Shown: positions 1-9,983, numbered from the stretch's first letter. The stretch: DNA of 40,310 nt from Holosporales bacterium (GCA_031255325.1 JAIRST010000059.1:1-40310), one strand, 5' to 3'. Program-made: numbers and translations. Notes: generated by a model not told the origin, from the letters alone.

Positions 1-780
1 CATAGCAGCATTTTGAAGGGAACGCACCGGAATTACTGGAAAGCGCGAATCAACTTGTACCGAGGCGACAGCATCTCGCGCTTGCGCCCTGATAAAAGCG
101 GTCTTAAAGGCCGGGTGCGCTTGCGATTCCTTACAACAGACAAAAGCTGTTCCCAGCTGGCATCCTGCAGCACCCATTTCGAGATACGCTAGAATCATTT
201 CTCCACGGCCAATACCTCCAGAAACAAAAATAGGGCATTCTTCTATATGGGGCAGAATTTCTTGCACCAAAACAGTAATCGACGTAGGGCCAATATGGCC
301 ACCGGCTTCAGTTCCTTCCAAAATTAAGGCATCTGCTCCATTTCGAATAAGTCTTTTAGCAAGCGCTAAGGAAGGAGCAAAGCAAAAAATCTTCGCTTGG
401 TTTTTCTTGGCACGCTGAATGAGGTCTAAAGACGGAACGCCTCCCGCAAGAACGATGTGCGAAACGGATTTCTGAAGACAGACATCGATAAGGGCTTCTA
501 CCTCGGGATGCATTACAATGATATTCACACCAAAAGATTTTGATGTCATCGCACGTGTTTTGTCTATTTCTGCGGTTAAATGTTCTGGTTGCATCGATCC
601 TGATGCTAAAATGCCAAGCCCCCCAGCATTAGAAATAGCCGAAACAAGATGATGTTCCGAAATCCATGCCATCCCCCCTCCCAACAGCGGGAATTCTACG
701 CCCAGGAACGCACGTCCACGTTCTGTTAGTTTATGTAAACGTGCCGTGCATAGGTTTTTTAAATCCAAAGTGGCGGTCAT
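1..780 (-). CDS. fabK: Enoyl-ACP reductase II / nitronate monooxygenase family (FabK-like); C-terminus runs off the window edge
   Basis: Absent from the supplied ORF track because it is open at the window edge. My translation from the ATG at 780-778 reads MTATLDLKNL..FPLLGGGMAWISEHHLVSAISNAGGLGILASG..ILEGTEAGGHIG..VSGGIGRGE..CQLGTAFV. These are FMN TIM-barrel motifs typical of FabK/NMO proteins. The start directly abuts the lysC stop (TAA then ATG). Confidence 0.7.
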   Translation of the reverse strand, partial: MTATLDLKNLCTARLHKLTERGRAFLGVEFPLLGGGMAWISEHHLVSAISNAGGLGILASGSMQPEHLTAEIDKTRAMTSKSFGVNIIVMHPEVEALIDVCLQKSVSHIVLAGGVPSLDLIQRAKKNQAKIFCFAPSLALAKRLIRNGADALILEGTEAGGHIGPTSITVLVQEILPHIEECPIFVSGGIGRGEMILAYLEMGAAGCQLGTAFVCCKESQAHPAFKTAFIRAQARDAVASVQVDSRFPVIPVRSLQNAAM

Positions 781-1971
781 TTATTTCTCCTTTTTGTCCA
801 ATCCACACGCATGGTGGAGAATCTGCATACCGCGTTTAGCATCTTCGGAGTGTACCAAAAACGTACAACTCGCGCACGGTGATGATTCTGTTGTTGTTCT
901 TTGTACGGGGATATGAGCCTCTGTCAATTGCCTTTTCATCCTTTCTTGCTGCTTAGTTCCATTCTGTCCAATAACCGTCAAGCGCGATAGAGCTTGTTCC
1001 ATAGGGCTCATGTTCCAGCATGTAATAGCTGACGCTGTTTGGCAGAAATTTTGAACCTCTTGAAAATCTGTTCGGCTGAAAAGCAATCGTGCTGTTGAGG
1101 TTGTTTTTTCAATAAGGTTAAAAGGTAGGTATTTTGTCTGTAAAGCAGTGGTGATAAACGTCCATAAAGTAGGGTGAAATGTTATGTCAACAGCAACCAG
1201 AGGGGAAGATATAGCTATACCACAAATAGGAGGACGGGTTTGAGGAAAAGCAGCAACGTGTGTTCCCGAGTGCTCTGTAAAACTGGAAAGGACATGAACA
1301 GGGACATTATTTTTTGCAGCATAGGCGACAGAACGCGCTTGCAGAACTTTTGATCCATGGATAGCCATAGCGAGCATATCGGTATAATCAACATATTCCA
1401 AACATTGTGCGGCAGAAACTATGTTAGGATCAGCGGTATAAATGCCATCAACATCTTTATAAGTTTCACATGTTGCTTTTAATATAGCAGCCAAAGCGAC
1501 AGCCGTAAGATCCGACCCTCCTCGTCCCAGGGTTGTTAATCGTCCAGATGCTGTTACCCCTTGAAACCCAGAAACAACTGGAACATTTCCTTCATTTAAA
1601 GCCATTTCTAAAGTGGATAAGGAATTACTCTTGACTTCCGCCTTGGAAAATTGATCATCCGTTAGAAAAGGTAATTGCCACGCTAGAAAAGATCTCGTCT
1701 TTACTCCTAAACGAGACAGAGCTAACGCCATAAGTCCTGCGCTAATCTGTTCTCCGGCGGAAATAACGACATCGTATTCCGGATCTCCTTCTTCTCCCGA
1801 AAATTGATGGGCAAGCCTAATAAGATCATTTGTTACCCCCGCCATGGCCGAGATGACCAACACGACCTGATCGCCTTTTTTAAGGCGCGTTAAAACGCGG
1901 TCAGCTACACGCGCGATGCGATCGGGCGTCGCAACAGATGTCCCTCCGAATTTTTGAACAAAAAATACCAC
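781..1971 (-). CDS. lysC: Aspartate kinase
   Basis: The N-terminus VQKFGGTSV, then VVISAMAGVTNDL and LGRGGSDLTA, are aspartokinase signatures. Length is 396 aa. The start codon is GTG (cac at 1969-1971). Confidence 0.9.
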   Translation of the reverse strand: MVFFVQKFGGTSVATPDRIARVADRVLTRLKKGDQVVLVISAMAGVTNDLIRLAHQFSGEEGDPEYDVVISAGEQISAGLMALALSRLGVKTRSFLAWQLPFLTDDQFSKAEVKSNSLSTLEMALNEGNVPVVSGFQGVTASGRLTTLGRGGSDLTAVALAAILKATCETYKDVDGIYTADPNIVSAAQCLEYVDYTDMLAMAIHGSKVLQARSVAYAAKNNVPVHVLSSFTEHSGTHVAAFPQTRPPICGIAISSPLVAVDITFHPTLWTFITTALQTKYLPFNLIEKTTSTARLLFSRTDFQEVQNFCQTASAITCWNMSPMEQALSRLTVIGQNGTKQQERMKRQLTEAHIPVQRTTTESSPCASCTFLVHSEDAKRGMQILHHACGLDKKEK

Positions 1972-2176
1972 ATTTTATCCGCAGTATAAACTTAACCCAA
2001 AGTATACCGTAACATCTATAGGGAGGGAAGGTAGAATAGGCAACTTCGTAAGATTTTAAGTCAGGAGCGAGTTTTTAGAAGCGCAAAATATGCCATTGGA
2101 TTATAAAAGGATTTGTTAAAGTTAAGAAAGATATGCAACGAATGGCAGGAAACTTTATACAGTTGTTAATCCCAAC

Positions 2177-2473
2177 TTAAGCTGTATTCTTTTCTGCTGT
2201 ATGCTTTAAAATTACTTTGCGCACTTTTAACAAATCTGTACTCATACCATCAACAGAAGCGGTTATTAAAAACGCATCAAGACCGCCATTCTTTTCGATT
2301 GTCCGCACAGCATGTGCTGTCAGACGAAGGCGAACACGATGCCCTAGCGCCTCACTTGGAAAGGAAACATGCTGCAGATTAGGCAGAAAACGACGGCGAG
2401 ATTTATTATTGGCATGACTCACATTGTTGCCCGCCAACACCCGCTTTCCTGTTACAGAGCACACGCGCGCCAT
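2177..2473 (-). CDS. rpmB: 50S ribosomal protein L28
   Basis: [34 protein letters not shown] is the canonical L28 N-terminus. Length is 98 aa. Confidence 0.95.
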   Translation of the reverse strand: MARVCSVTGKRVLAGNNVSHANNKSRRRFLPNLQHVSFPSEALGHRVRLRLTAHAVRTIEKNGGLDAFLITASVDGMSTDLLKVRKVILKHTAEKNTA

Positions 2474-2502
2474 TCTTCTTCCCCCCTTAAAAAACGTTTG
2501 AA

Positions 2503-2531
2503 CATTATCTTGATTCTTATGCCTCTTGTCA
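2503..2531 (-). promoter_or_regulatory. Sigma70-type promoter candidate for rpmB
   Basis: The minus strand reads TTGACA (2531-2526), a 17-nt spacer, then GATAAT (2508-2503). This lies about 30 nt upstream of the rpmB ATG, which is preceded by AAGGGGGGAAG. Confidence 0.5.
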
Positions 2532-2856
2532 ATGATTTGATATTAGTCGCTCAATAGGCGCTTAGAAAAACACATGATAACTATATTGAGTTTTGAAACA
2601 ATTTATGGTAAATTTTCGAAATCATAAAAACGATACTTTATTGAATTAAAAAGGAATTTTTGTTATTTGCAAAGGAAAACAGATAATGTGGTGCAAAATT
2701 CAATATAGGTATTGGTTTTTTTAAAATTTGAAGAAGTAAAAAATAGTTCAAATAAAAAGGACAAGCTAGAGCCTTTTTATGAAATTTTTGCATTTGAGAA
2801 AAGGAACAAGAAACGCTATAAAGTTTTTTCGGATCCAAGGGGAATTTAAAGTATTC

Positions 2857-3564
2857 TCACGAAATTGCAGCCATCGATGCATTGCCACTGGAGGCAATAT
2901 TTTCTGCTAGCGTTTGGTGAATGATATGTTCAGTAGCTTGAATGGATTCCTCAATAGATAAAGAAGAAGTATCTAATTTATGATATGTTGCATCCCATTT
3001 TAAGGGAGAGAGGGCGCGGTGTGTATCGTTTTCATCGCGATGACAGAGGTCTTTCAGCACTTGATCGTACGAAATATCCGTACCTTTCTGTTGCAATTCC
3101 TGAAATCTGCGGTGTGCTCGCACTTCGGGTGCAGCGGTAAGAAATATCTTACACTCAGCATCTGGAAAAACAGAACTTCCCGTGTCACGCCCTTCAAGAA
3201 TGACACCAGGACTTATCTCTTGTAATACTTCTTGACGCTGAAATTCTGTAAAAGCCGTCCGTACTTGAGAGATTTTTGCAATCTCTGAGGCTAATGTACC
3301 GATATGTTCTTCTCGCAAGATAGACCTATCAAAAGCTTTCCATTCTTTCTGAAACCATGCGGATGCCATTACATTTTCTATTGATGGAATATTTTCGGGT
3401 TTTAATTTCAGGTGGAGAAGGTGCCAAGCTAAGACGCGAAAGAAGAAACCCGTTTCGCAGTAAGAAAATCCTAATCGCTGAGCAAGCCCTGTTGCAATTG
3501 TACCTTTACCGCTTCCGGCAGGACCATCGATCGCAACTACAAAAGGTCGTTTATGTACAGTCAC
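2857..3564 (-). CDS. cmk: Cytidylate kinase
   Basis: The P-loop VAIDGPAGSGKGT is followed by a cmk-like core. The GTG start overlaps the secF stop in a GTGA 4-nt overlap. Confidence 0.9.
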   Translation of the reverse strand: MTVHKRPFVVAIDGPAGSGKGTIATGLAQRLGFSYCETGFFFRVLAWHLLHLKLKPENIPSIENVMASAWFQKEWKAFDRSILREEHIGTLASEIAKISQVRTAFTEFQRQEVLQEISPGVILEGRDTGSSVFPDAECKIFLTAAPEVRAHRRFQELQQKGTDISYDQVLKDLCHRDENDTHRALSPLKWDATYHKLDTSSLSIEESIQATEHIIHQTLAENIASSGNASMAAIS

Positions 3565-4472
3565 TTCTGCATTTCTTTTTCACCGGTCTTTAATCTTGTG
3601 TAAAGAAGGAGCGGTGCAGAAAGACATACAGAAGAAAAGGCTCCCACAGAAAAACCCACAAGAAGCGGACAGCTGAATTCTGCAATCACTTTTCCTCCAA
3701 AAAGGCACAACGCTAATAGCGCAAGAAGCGTTGTGGTTGTTGTAAGAACCGTTCGCGAAAATGTTTCATTCATACTGAGGTTTATAATATCCGCAAACGT
3801 CATCGACTTAAATTTCCGCATATTTTCTCGAATACGGTCGTAGACGACGACTGTATCATGAATGGAATAACTTGCTGTCAGCAAGAAAGAAACGACAGCG
3901 TTCGTATTAAATTCCAAAGAATGACAGAGGGAATACAGCCCCAATAACACGATACAGTCGTGAACAAGCGCAATAACACCGCAAACGGCAAATTGCCACT
4001 CAAAACGAATCCAGATGTAAATTAAAATAGCTAAAAGCGACAGCACAACAGCATATATCGCATTTTCAACAAGTTCTTTTCCAACTTTGGGGCCGATTGT
4101 TTCCGTTCGTCGGATTTCAACAGACGCTCCTAAGGCACTTTTGACACGTTCTAAAGAGGTATCTCGCGCTTGCGCATCTCCCTCAAAGGAGGGAATTCGA
4201 ATAAGAACATCTTGCGGAGAGCCAAACTCTTGAAGCGAAACTTCTCCGATTTGTAGGTCAGAAAGCGCTTTGCGCATCTGGGAAAGATCAGCTTTTTCCG
4301 GTGTACGTACTTCTAAAACGTATCCTCCCGTGAAATCTATTCCGTAATTGATTCCACTTAATACAAAGACACCAATCGATCCTATGGTTAGGAAAATAGA
4401 AATTGCAAAGGCAATAAACTTCTTTCCGATAAAGTCAATCTTTGTATCATGTGGGATAAACTGAAGCCCCAT
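3561..4472 (-). CDS. secF: Protein translocase subunit SecF
   Basis: A 303-aa polytopic protein with an FIGKK..GINYGIDFTGG N-terminal region, immediately downstream of secD. Confidence 0.9.
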   Translation of the reverse strand: MGLQFIPHDTKIDFIGKKFIAFAISIFLTIGSIGVFVLSGINYGIDFTGGYVLEVRTPEKADLSQMRKALSDLQIGEVSLQEFGSPQDVLIRIPSFEGDAQARDTSLERVKSALGASVEIRRTETIGPKVGKELVENAIYAVVLSLLAILIYIWIRFEWQFAVCGVIALVHDCIVLLGLYSLCHSLEFNTNAVVSFLLTASYSIHDTVVVYDRIRENMRKFKSMTFADIINLSMNETFSRTVLTTTTTLLALLALCLFGGKVIAEFSCPLLVGFSVGAFSSVCLSAPLLLYTRLKTGEKEMQK

Positions 4473-4484
4473 GATGTCCTCCCT

Positions 4485-6044
4485 TTATATAGATAACGTC
4501 GCATGGCGCTTATTCCCTAACCACCAAAATGTGATGAGGCGAGCCAACGTTGTAGACGTAAAAAAGGAAATAATAACCCCTAAAGCTGTCGTTACCGCAA
4601 ATCCACGAATTGGCCCCGTGCCAAATTGGTACAAGAAGGCCATACCAATAAGTGTGTTTAAATTTGTATCGATAATCGTCGTCATTGCCAGGTTATACCC
4701 CTGTTCAACAGCAGCTAAGGGATGCATTCCTTTGCGCAGCTCTTCCTTGATACGTTCATTGATAAGAACGTTTGCGTCAACCGCCATACCAACCGTTAAT
4801 GCAATACCTGCAATGCCAGGCAACGTTAACGTCGCTTGGAGACAAGACAACACCGCCACCAACAGAATAAGATTCACCAGCACCGCTGCGTCCGCAATCA
4901 ATCCAAAGAAAGAATAGGCAAGCAGCATAAACCCAACGACAAGCACAATTGCAATTAAAGTAGCATAAATACCGGCTTTGATTGAGTCTGCCCCTAAATC
5001 AGGCCCAACCGTACGCTCTTCCACAACAACTAATGGAGCAGGCAAAGCCCCCGCACGCAAAAGCAAAGCTAAATCATGCGCTTCTTCTGCTGTAAAATTT
5101 CCACTAATCCGACCTGATCCCCCAAGAATGGGCTCTTGGATCATAGGAGCGCTAATGATGCGACCATCTAAAACAATCGCAAAGCGCCGATGCACATTTT
5201 CCCGTGTGGCATCACCAAAGCGCTTGGCTCCTAAAGCATTCAGCCGAAAAGTTACTTCCGGACGATTGTATTCATCGAAACCAGGTTGCGCATCTACCAG
5301 GTGCTCTCCTCCAATGATAGCAGAACGACGCACACACAAACGCGAATCGGTTCTTGAAGATCCTTCATTGTAGGGAAGCATAACAGAACCTAGCCGACTT
5401 TCCCCTTCTTCAACCAATCGAAACGAAAGCTTTGCTGTACGTCCTAATAGTTCTTTAATATGCATAGGATCTTGAATCCCGGGAACTTGAAGAAGAATCC
5501 GATCTTTTCCTTGCCCTTGAATAGCAGGTTCTCGTGTGCCCGTTTCGTCAATACGGCGCCGAATGACTTCTATAGAGCGATTAACGGTATCCACATGACG
5601 CCGAGCAAGAACCATCTCTGTGGGGGTCATGCGCACTGTTGTGCCTTCTATTGTCACCTTGAAATCGGGGTCTATACCGCTTAACAGCGTTTTCGCTTTA
5701 CCCGCTTGCGCACTTTCACGTAAAGAAAAAGTAATTGTTGTTTCTCCAATTAGCGCTGATGTTGGCAAGTTGACATATCCAATGTTCCCCTTGCGAAGAA
5801 CCGTACGTACGGCTTCTATTGTTTGGTTGACATACTCTTGATCTGCGGCCTTTAAATCGACTTCCAAAAGTAGATGCGCCCCTCCACTAAGGTCTAGCCC
5901 CAGGCGCACACGTTCTTTTGGAAATAATCCAGGTAATGCATTCAGAATATGAGGGGGTAAAACATTAGGAAGAGAAAAAAGCACGCCCCATAAACAAACA
6001 CCCCATACAAGAACAACTTTCCAACGAGGAGACTGCGTCATCAT
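4485..6044 (-). CDS. secD: Protein translocase subunit SecD
   Basis: A 519-aa protein with one N-terminal TM, a large periplasmic domain (LGLDLSGG, ILLQVPG) and a C-terminal 5-TM block. It sits between yajC and secF. Confidence 0.9.
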   Translation of the reverse strand: MMTQSPRWKVVLVWGVCLWGVLFSLPNVLPPHILNALPGLFPKERVRLGLDLSGGAHLLLEVDLKAADQEYVNQTIEAVRTVLRKGNIGYVNLPTSALIGETTITFSLRESAQAGKAKTLLSGIDPDFKVTIEGTTVRMTPTEMVLARRHVDTVNRSIEVIRRRIDETGTREPAIQGQGKDRILLQVPGIQDPMHIKELLGRTAKLSFRLVEEGESRLGSVMLPYNEGSSRTDSRLCVRRSAIIGGEHLVDAQPGFDEYNRPEVTFRLNALGAKRFGDATRENVHRRFAIVLDGRIISAPMIQEPILGGSGRISGNFTAEEAHDLALLLRAGALPAPLVVVEERTVGPDLGADSIKAGIYATLIAIVLVVGFMLLAYSFFGLIADAAVLVNLILLVAVLSCLQATLTLPGIAGIALTVGMAVDANVLINERIKEELRKGMHPLAAVEQGYNLAMTTIIDTNLNTLIGMAFLYQFGTGPIRGFAVTTALGVIISFFTSTTLARLITFWWLGNKRHATLSI

Positions 6045-6067
6045 GTTTTCTCCGTTCTATCTGTATT

Positions 6068-6472
6068 TTATTTCGATTTCTTTGCAGATTTCTTAATGCG
6101 TGTGCGTAGAGATGTTGTTTTTTTCTGCTCGATTTCATCTGGTGTCGCCTCTTCAGAGGGTACCCCTATTTTCGCAAGAACCTCAACAATAGCATTTTTC
6201 CTCACCGAAACCTGTACCCCTTCGGTTAGCTCAAGGACAATATCTAAGTCTTTCGACACACGATAAACTGTTCCGATAATCCCACCATTTGTTACCACAC
6301 GATCTCCCCGAGCAAGAGCGGCAATCATTGCTTGACGCTGTTTTTCCTTACGTTGTTGCGGACGAATGAGGAAAAAATAAAAGATGACAGCAATCAAAAT
6401 AAGGGGTATTAGACTGACAAGATCCGTCCCTTTTGCCGTAGATTGCTCTTGTGCATGTGCTAAATCGAACAT
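6068..6472 (-). CDS. yajC: Preprotein translocase subunit YajC, with a long basic C-terminal tail
   Basis: It has a single TM, then FFLIRPQQRKEK and the GDRVVTNGGIIGTV motif. It lies upstream of secD. Confidence 0.9.
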   Translation of the reverse strand: MFDLAHAQEQSTAKGTDLVSLIPLILIAVIFYFFLIRPQQRKEKQRQAMIAALARGDRVVTNGGIIGTVYRVSKDLDIVLELTEGVQVSVRKNAIVEVLAKIGVPSEEATPDEIEQKKTTSLRTRIKKSAKKSK

Positions 6473-6532
6473 AGGTCTCTCCTAAATTTAAATGCCATCA
6501 TTCTCTCATAAAGTATGGAAAAAACACACTCT

Positions 6533-7630
6533 TTAATTCTTTTTCTGAAGATAGATAAGCGGGTCTACAGGTTTCTTGTTTTTGCGCACTTCAAAATATA
6601 GTTGGACCTCAGAAACATCGCCTGTTTTCCCTATCACTCCAATAGGATGCCTACAATCCACATAATCTCCTTTACGGACAGTGATCTTACTTAAATGTGC
6701 GTACGCTGTCATTAGTCCATCTTCGTGTTTTACTAGAACAAGATTCCCAAAGGATTTTAGCTTAGCTCCTGCGTACACGACAAGGCCTTCCTCTGCCGCT
6801 AACACCTTTGTTCCGTTTTGTCCTGCAATGCTTATTCCATCTGCACTTTCTCCTTGACCAAAAGAAGAAAGCACGTCCCCCTGAATTGGCCACGCCAAGA
6901 GCCCCTTTCCAGCACTACTTCTTTTTGTATCCTCAGGGGGTTTAGAAACTTCAGATGCTTTTGGAGTCTTTTCTTTCGATTTTTGTGCTGTACTTTGCAC
7001 AGCTTTTGCAGATTTTTGCCCATCGGCTGCTTTATTCCCAGAAGTATCATGTTCTTTGGAATGCGCACGATCTTTTTTTGCCTGTGCATAAGAGAGGCCA
7101 ATCATTTCTTCCCCAGAAGGCGCATTTAAACGTGCCTCCTTCAGACGGTCATTAAGCGTTTTTCCAAGAGCTGTTCCATTGGGAGTGGTTACTTGATTTT
7201 CTTGAGTCCTCTGTTTTTCAGAAATTTCCGCAGACTCAAGAGGGGTTACTTGAATATCGCTCTGCCATCCCGACATCTCTTGCGATTCGGAAACTTCAAC
7301 AGACGACGTATGTGACGTCAAGGATTCTTCACTTTGTCCTTTTATACTGCTTGGATTAGGATAGAGAAGCATCTGCCCTTCGACAATAGCATAGGGAGGA
7401 GCCAGATGATTCGCTTCTGCAACCATTTGCGGTGTGACCCCTAATTTAGACGCAATAGTAGCGAGAGTATCTCCTTCTTTTACGGTGTAAGACTGCATCG
7501 TCGGCATATGAGCTAGATACAGGCTAGGTTCCCCAACTTTGATGTCTACAGGAGCAGGTGTTTCACGCGAGCATCCACTTAGGCATAGCAATTCCCCCAG
7601 AAAAATATAGTGTTTAAAATCAGGGAGCAT
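6533..7630 (-). CDS. nlpD: NlpD-like lipoprotein: LysM domain plus a degenerate (His-less) LytM/M23 domain
   Basis: A lipobox LSGC is present, followed by a LysM motif (YTVKEGDTLATIASKLGV). The C-terminus aligns by eye with E. coli NlpD (WPIQG..GISIAG..YAGAKLKSFGNLVLVKH..YAHL..LYFEVRKNKKPVDPLIYL). The maximal ORF reaches 7672; the ATG at 7630 gives a 20-aa lipoprotein signal and only an 11-nt overlap with surE. Confidence 0.8.
   Translation of the reverse strand: MLPDFKHYIFLGELLCLSGCSRETPAPVDIKVGEPSLYLAHMPTMQSYTVKEGDTLATIASKLGVTPQMVAEANHLAPPYAIVEGQMLLYPNPSSIKGQSEESLTSHTSSVEVSESQEMSGWQSDIQVTPLESAEISEKQRTQENQVTTPNGTALGKTLNDRLKEARLNAPSGEEMIGLSYAQAKKDRAHSKEHDTSGNKAADGQKSAKAVQSTAQKSKEKTPKASEVSKPPEDTKRSSAGKGLLAWPIQGDVLSSFGQGESADGISIAGQNGTKVLAAEEGLVVYAGAKLKSFGNLVLVKHEDGLMTAYAHLSKITVRKGDYVDCRHPIGVIGKTGDVSEVQLYFEVRKNKKPVDPLIYLQKKN
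7111..7177 (-). repeat. Copy A of a 67-nt segment shared, inverted, with 23582-23648
   Basis: The reverse complement of 7111-7177 matches 23582-23648 at 64 of 67 positions (ggaacagctcttggaaaaacgYttaatgaccRtctgaaggaggcacgtttaaatgcgYcttctgggg). Weaker similarity continues for about 25 nt beyond a roughly 10-nt indel. Confidence 0.9.
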
Positions 7631-8420
7631 GAGATGCAAAAACCTCTTCAAGAATTCGGAGAGCTTCATCATGCACTGTGTAAGAACGAATAGGAGTTAT
7701 TGTAATGGCATTTTCTTGGTGGAGAGCGAAAAGGTCTGTTCGTGATTGAGAGGCTATTTGTGCCTCTGTCCAACGAGCACTCAGCCAATAATATGATGTA
7801 TCATCAGGCGCTTTACGTTCATCTACGCGCCATTGCAATGGTAAAGCCGCTAGCGGAACAGGTTTTATTCCAGAAACCCCCCCTACAGAAACATTAGGGA
7901 AATTTACATTCATAATCGTTTGCTCTGGCCACGTAAGAGCTAATAATTTACGGACGATTCCCGGCAAAAAGTGTTCAACAGCTACATACTTTGGAGGGTC
8001 TTCTTTAAACGCTAAACTCACTCCTATCGACTTTATGCCTTGCAACGCACCCGTCATCGCAGCTCCTAACGTTCCAGATAGAACAGCCGTATCGCCTACG
8101 TTACTTCCCGAGTTCACCCCAGAAAGAATGACATCTGGAGGACGATCAATCAACACATGCTTCAGAGCACAAATAACGCAATCTACGGGAGTTCCTCGCA
8201 CAGCGAACCGACGGGGCGATAATTCTTGTATTTTAACAGGTTCATTAAAAGTAACAGAATTACTTTGTCCGCTGGAATCAAATTCTGGAGCAACAACCCA
8301 AACATCTGGAGATAAATCTTTAGCTAGACGTTCGAGAATTTTCAGCCCTTTAGCATGTATACCGTCATCATTGCAAACAAGAATACGCAACCCTGACGTA
8401 GGGGTTATATTTGGTACCAT
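7620..8420 (-). CDS. surE: 5'/3'-nucleotidase SurE
   Basis: RILVCNDDGIHAKGL and SGVNSGSNVG are SurE signatures. The start shares one base with the serS stop (TAATG). Confidence 0.9.
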   Translation of the reverse strand: MVPNITPTSGLRILVCNDDGIHAKGLKILERLAKDLSPDVWVVAPEFDSSGQSNSVTFNEPVKIQELSPRRFAVRGTPVDCVICALKHVLIDRPPDVILSGVNSGSNVGDTAVLSGTLGAAMTGALQGIKSIGVSLAFKEDPPKYVAVEHFLPGIVRKLLALTWPEQTIMNVNFPNVSVGGVSGIKPVPLAALPLQWRVDERKAPDDTSYYWLSARWTEAQIASQSRTDLFALHQENAITITPIRSYTVHDEALRILEEVFASHAP

Positions 8421-9697
8421 TAAATTATCTCCTGACCATCCATATAGGATTTTAGCGCATCTGGCACTTTGATAGCCCCCCCTTCTTTCTGATAATTTTC
8501 AATAATAGCAACGAGCGTGCGCCCAATGGGAAGGCCTGAACCATTGAAAGTATGCACAAAGACAGGACGCGATTCTCCGCTTGCCTTGCTTACTGGACGA
8601 TAACGGGCTTGCATCCGACGCGCTTGGAAATCACCACACCACGAACAGCTAGAAATCTCACGGTATTCTCCCGCGCCAGGAAGCCAAACTTCTAAGTCGT
8701 ACGTTCTTTTTGCGGAAAATCCCATGTCCCCTGTTGCTAAAGCCACAACACGATAGGGCAACATTAAGCGCTGCAGTACAGCTTCAACAGCTTGTACCAT
8801 ACGGTTAAATTCTACGTCACTCTGATCTGGGGTTGTAATGGAAACCAGCTCTACTTTAGAAAACTGGTGCATCCGAATCATGCCTCGAGTATCGCGCCCA
8901 GCAGCTCCGGCTTCTGAACGAAAGCAAGGGGTATGCGCGACAAAGCGGAGAGGTAATTCTTTTTCCTCAAGAATTTTTTCGCGTACAAAATTGGTTACAA
9001 CGACTTCTGCCGTAGGAATCAGCCAACGACCGTCCGTTGTGGAAAAAGCATCTTCTTTAAATTTTGGAAATTGCCCTGTTCCATAGAAGAGTTCTGGACG
9101 AACTAAGTAAGGAGGTGAAACTTCCTGATATCCGAATTCTTTTGTATGAATATCAAGCATGAAGGCAGACAAAGCGCGTTCAAGACGCGCCAACCCGCCT
9201 TTTAATACGGTAAAACGTGCCCCAGAAAGTGTTGCTGCAAGGTCAAAATCCATAAGGTTGCGTTCTTCGCCCAGAACATAATGAGGCTTAAGGAGAAAGG
9301 GAAAAATAGGCTTTTCGCCCCAATAGCGCAGGATGACATTGTCTTTGTCGTCTTTTCCATGGGGTACGTTACTTGAGGGAATATTGGGCAGACAAGAAAG
9401 CAACGTCTCTAATGCAGCTTGTATTTTTTCTATTTGTCGTTCCAGTGCAGGCAAGCGTTCTTTTAAAAGACGTGCTTCTTGAAAAAGCGCCGCAAATGTC
9501 TCAGAGTGCGTACGGGCTTCTGGAATAAGCTTGGCCAACTGATTGCGTCGTGTCTGCGCTTCTTGCAAAGTCGTTAAAGCCTTACGCCGTTGTTGGTCCA
9601 ATGCTTTTATCTGTTCCGAACAAGGCTCTGCTCCTCGTAAACGCATGGCTGTATCAAAATCTATAGGATTTTCCAAAATCCATCCAAGATCATGCAT
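8420..9697 (-). CDS. serS: Seryl-tRNA synthetase
   Basis: It has an N-terminal coiled-coil arm and class II motifs (RFVAHTPCFRSEAG, HTFNGSGLPIGRTLVAIIENYQ). Length is 425 aa. Confidence 0.95.
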   Translation of the reverse strand: MHDLGWILENPIDFDTAMRLRGAEPCSEQIKALDQQRRKALTTLQEAQTRRNQLAKLIPEARTHSETFAALFQEARLLKERLPALERQIEKIQAALETLLSCLPNIPSSNVPHGKDDKDNVILRYWGEKPIFPFLLKPHYVLGEERNLMDFDLAATLSGARFTVLKGGLARLERALSAFMLDIHTKEFGYQEVSPPYLVRPELFYGTGQFPKFKEDAFSTTDGRWLIPTAEVVVTNFVREKILEEKELPLRFVAHTPCFRSEAGAAGRDTRGMIRMHQFSKVELVSITTPDQSDVEFNRMVQAVEAVLQRLMLPYRVVALATGDMGFSAKRTYDLEVWLPGAGEYREISSCSWCGDFQARRMQARYRPVSKASGESRPVFVHTFNGSGLPIGRTLVAIIENYQKEGGAIKVPDALKSYMDGQEII

Positions 9698-9930
9698 GAG
9701 AAAATACCTTTCTATTTAATCTTCGGTTTTTTAAGCTAAGCCTTGATTATCAAAAAACCTATCTTTCATAGCATAGGCTTGTAAGTATTGCCAGTAAAGC
9801 CTCTCTTCCGTGGTGTATTGAACACAATGCTCTTCAAAAAATGAAGCTTGTTGTTCACGATCCTTTCCGAAAAGTAATTTAACGCCCCTTCATAAAGGTG
9901 GATTTTTAATAAAAAATTCCATCATTTATT

Positions 9931-9958
9931 TTGCAATTATCTAAAAATAGTGTAATAT
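9931..9958 (+). promoter_or_regulatory. Sigma70-type promoter candidate for the orphan gene at 9984
   Basis: TTGCAA (9931-9936), a 16-nt spacer, then TAATAT (9953-9958). A GGAGG (9974-9978) follows, with ATG at 9984. Confidence 0.4.
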
Positions 9959-9983
9959 ATACATATATAATTTGGAGGTTATT

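Noticed and set aside
1972-2176. I looked for a lysine riboswitch (L-box) in the lysC leader.
   Set aside because: The minus-strand leader shows none of the conserved L-box helices or core sequences that I can recognise. No call is made.
2638-2838. A 66-aa ORF in the A/T-rich rpmB-cmk spacer.
   Set aside because: It has low-complexity Phe/Leu/Lys/Asn composition driven by A/T richness, no RBS and no motif. The spacer more plausibly carries the rpmB promoter (2503-2531).
4471-5841. Several 70-150-aa ORFs on the + strand (4471-4917, 4978-5373, 5460-5684, 5620-5841).
   Set aside because: They lie entirely antisense to secD, have no RBS and have skewed Arg/Ser/Pro-rich composition. These are shadow ORFs. 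The same applies to the antisense ORFs inside serS, rarA, argS, asnB-like, htrA, rlmN, hrcA and the other long genes in the track.
9731-9889. A 52-codon open frame on the minus strand in the serS-orphan spacer. It reads like real protein (GKDREQQASFFEEHCVQYTTEERLYWQYLQAYAMKDRFF).
   Set aside because: It has no start codon until 9 codons before the stop, and I recognise no family. It may be another relic, but I cannot support that from sequence alone. A blastx of 9698-9983 would decide.
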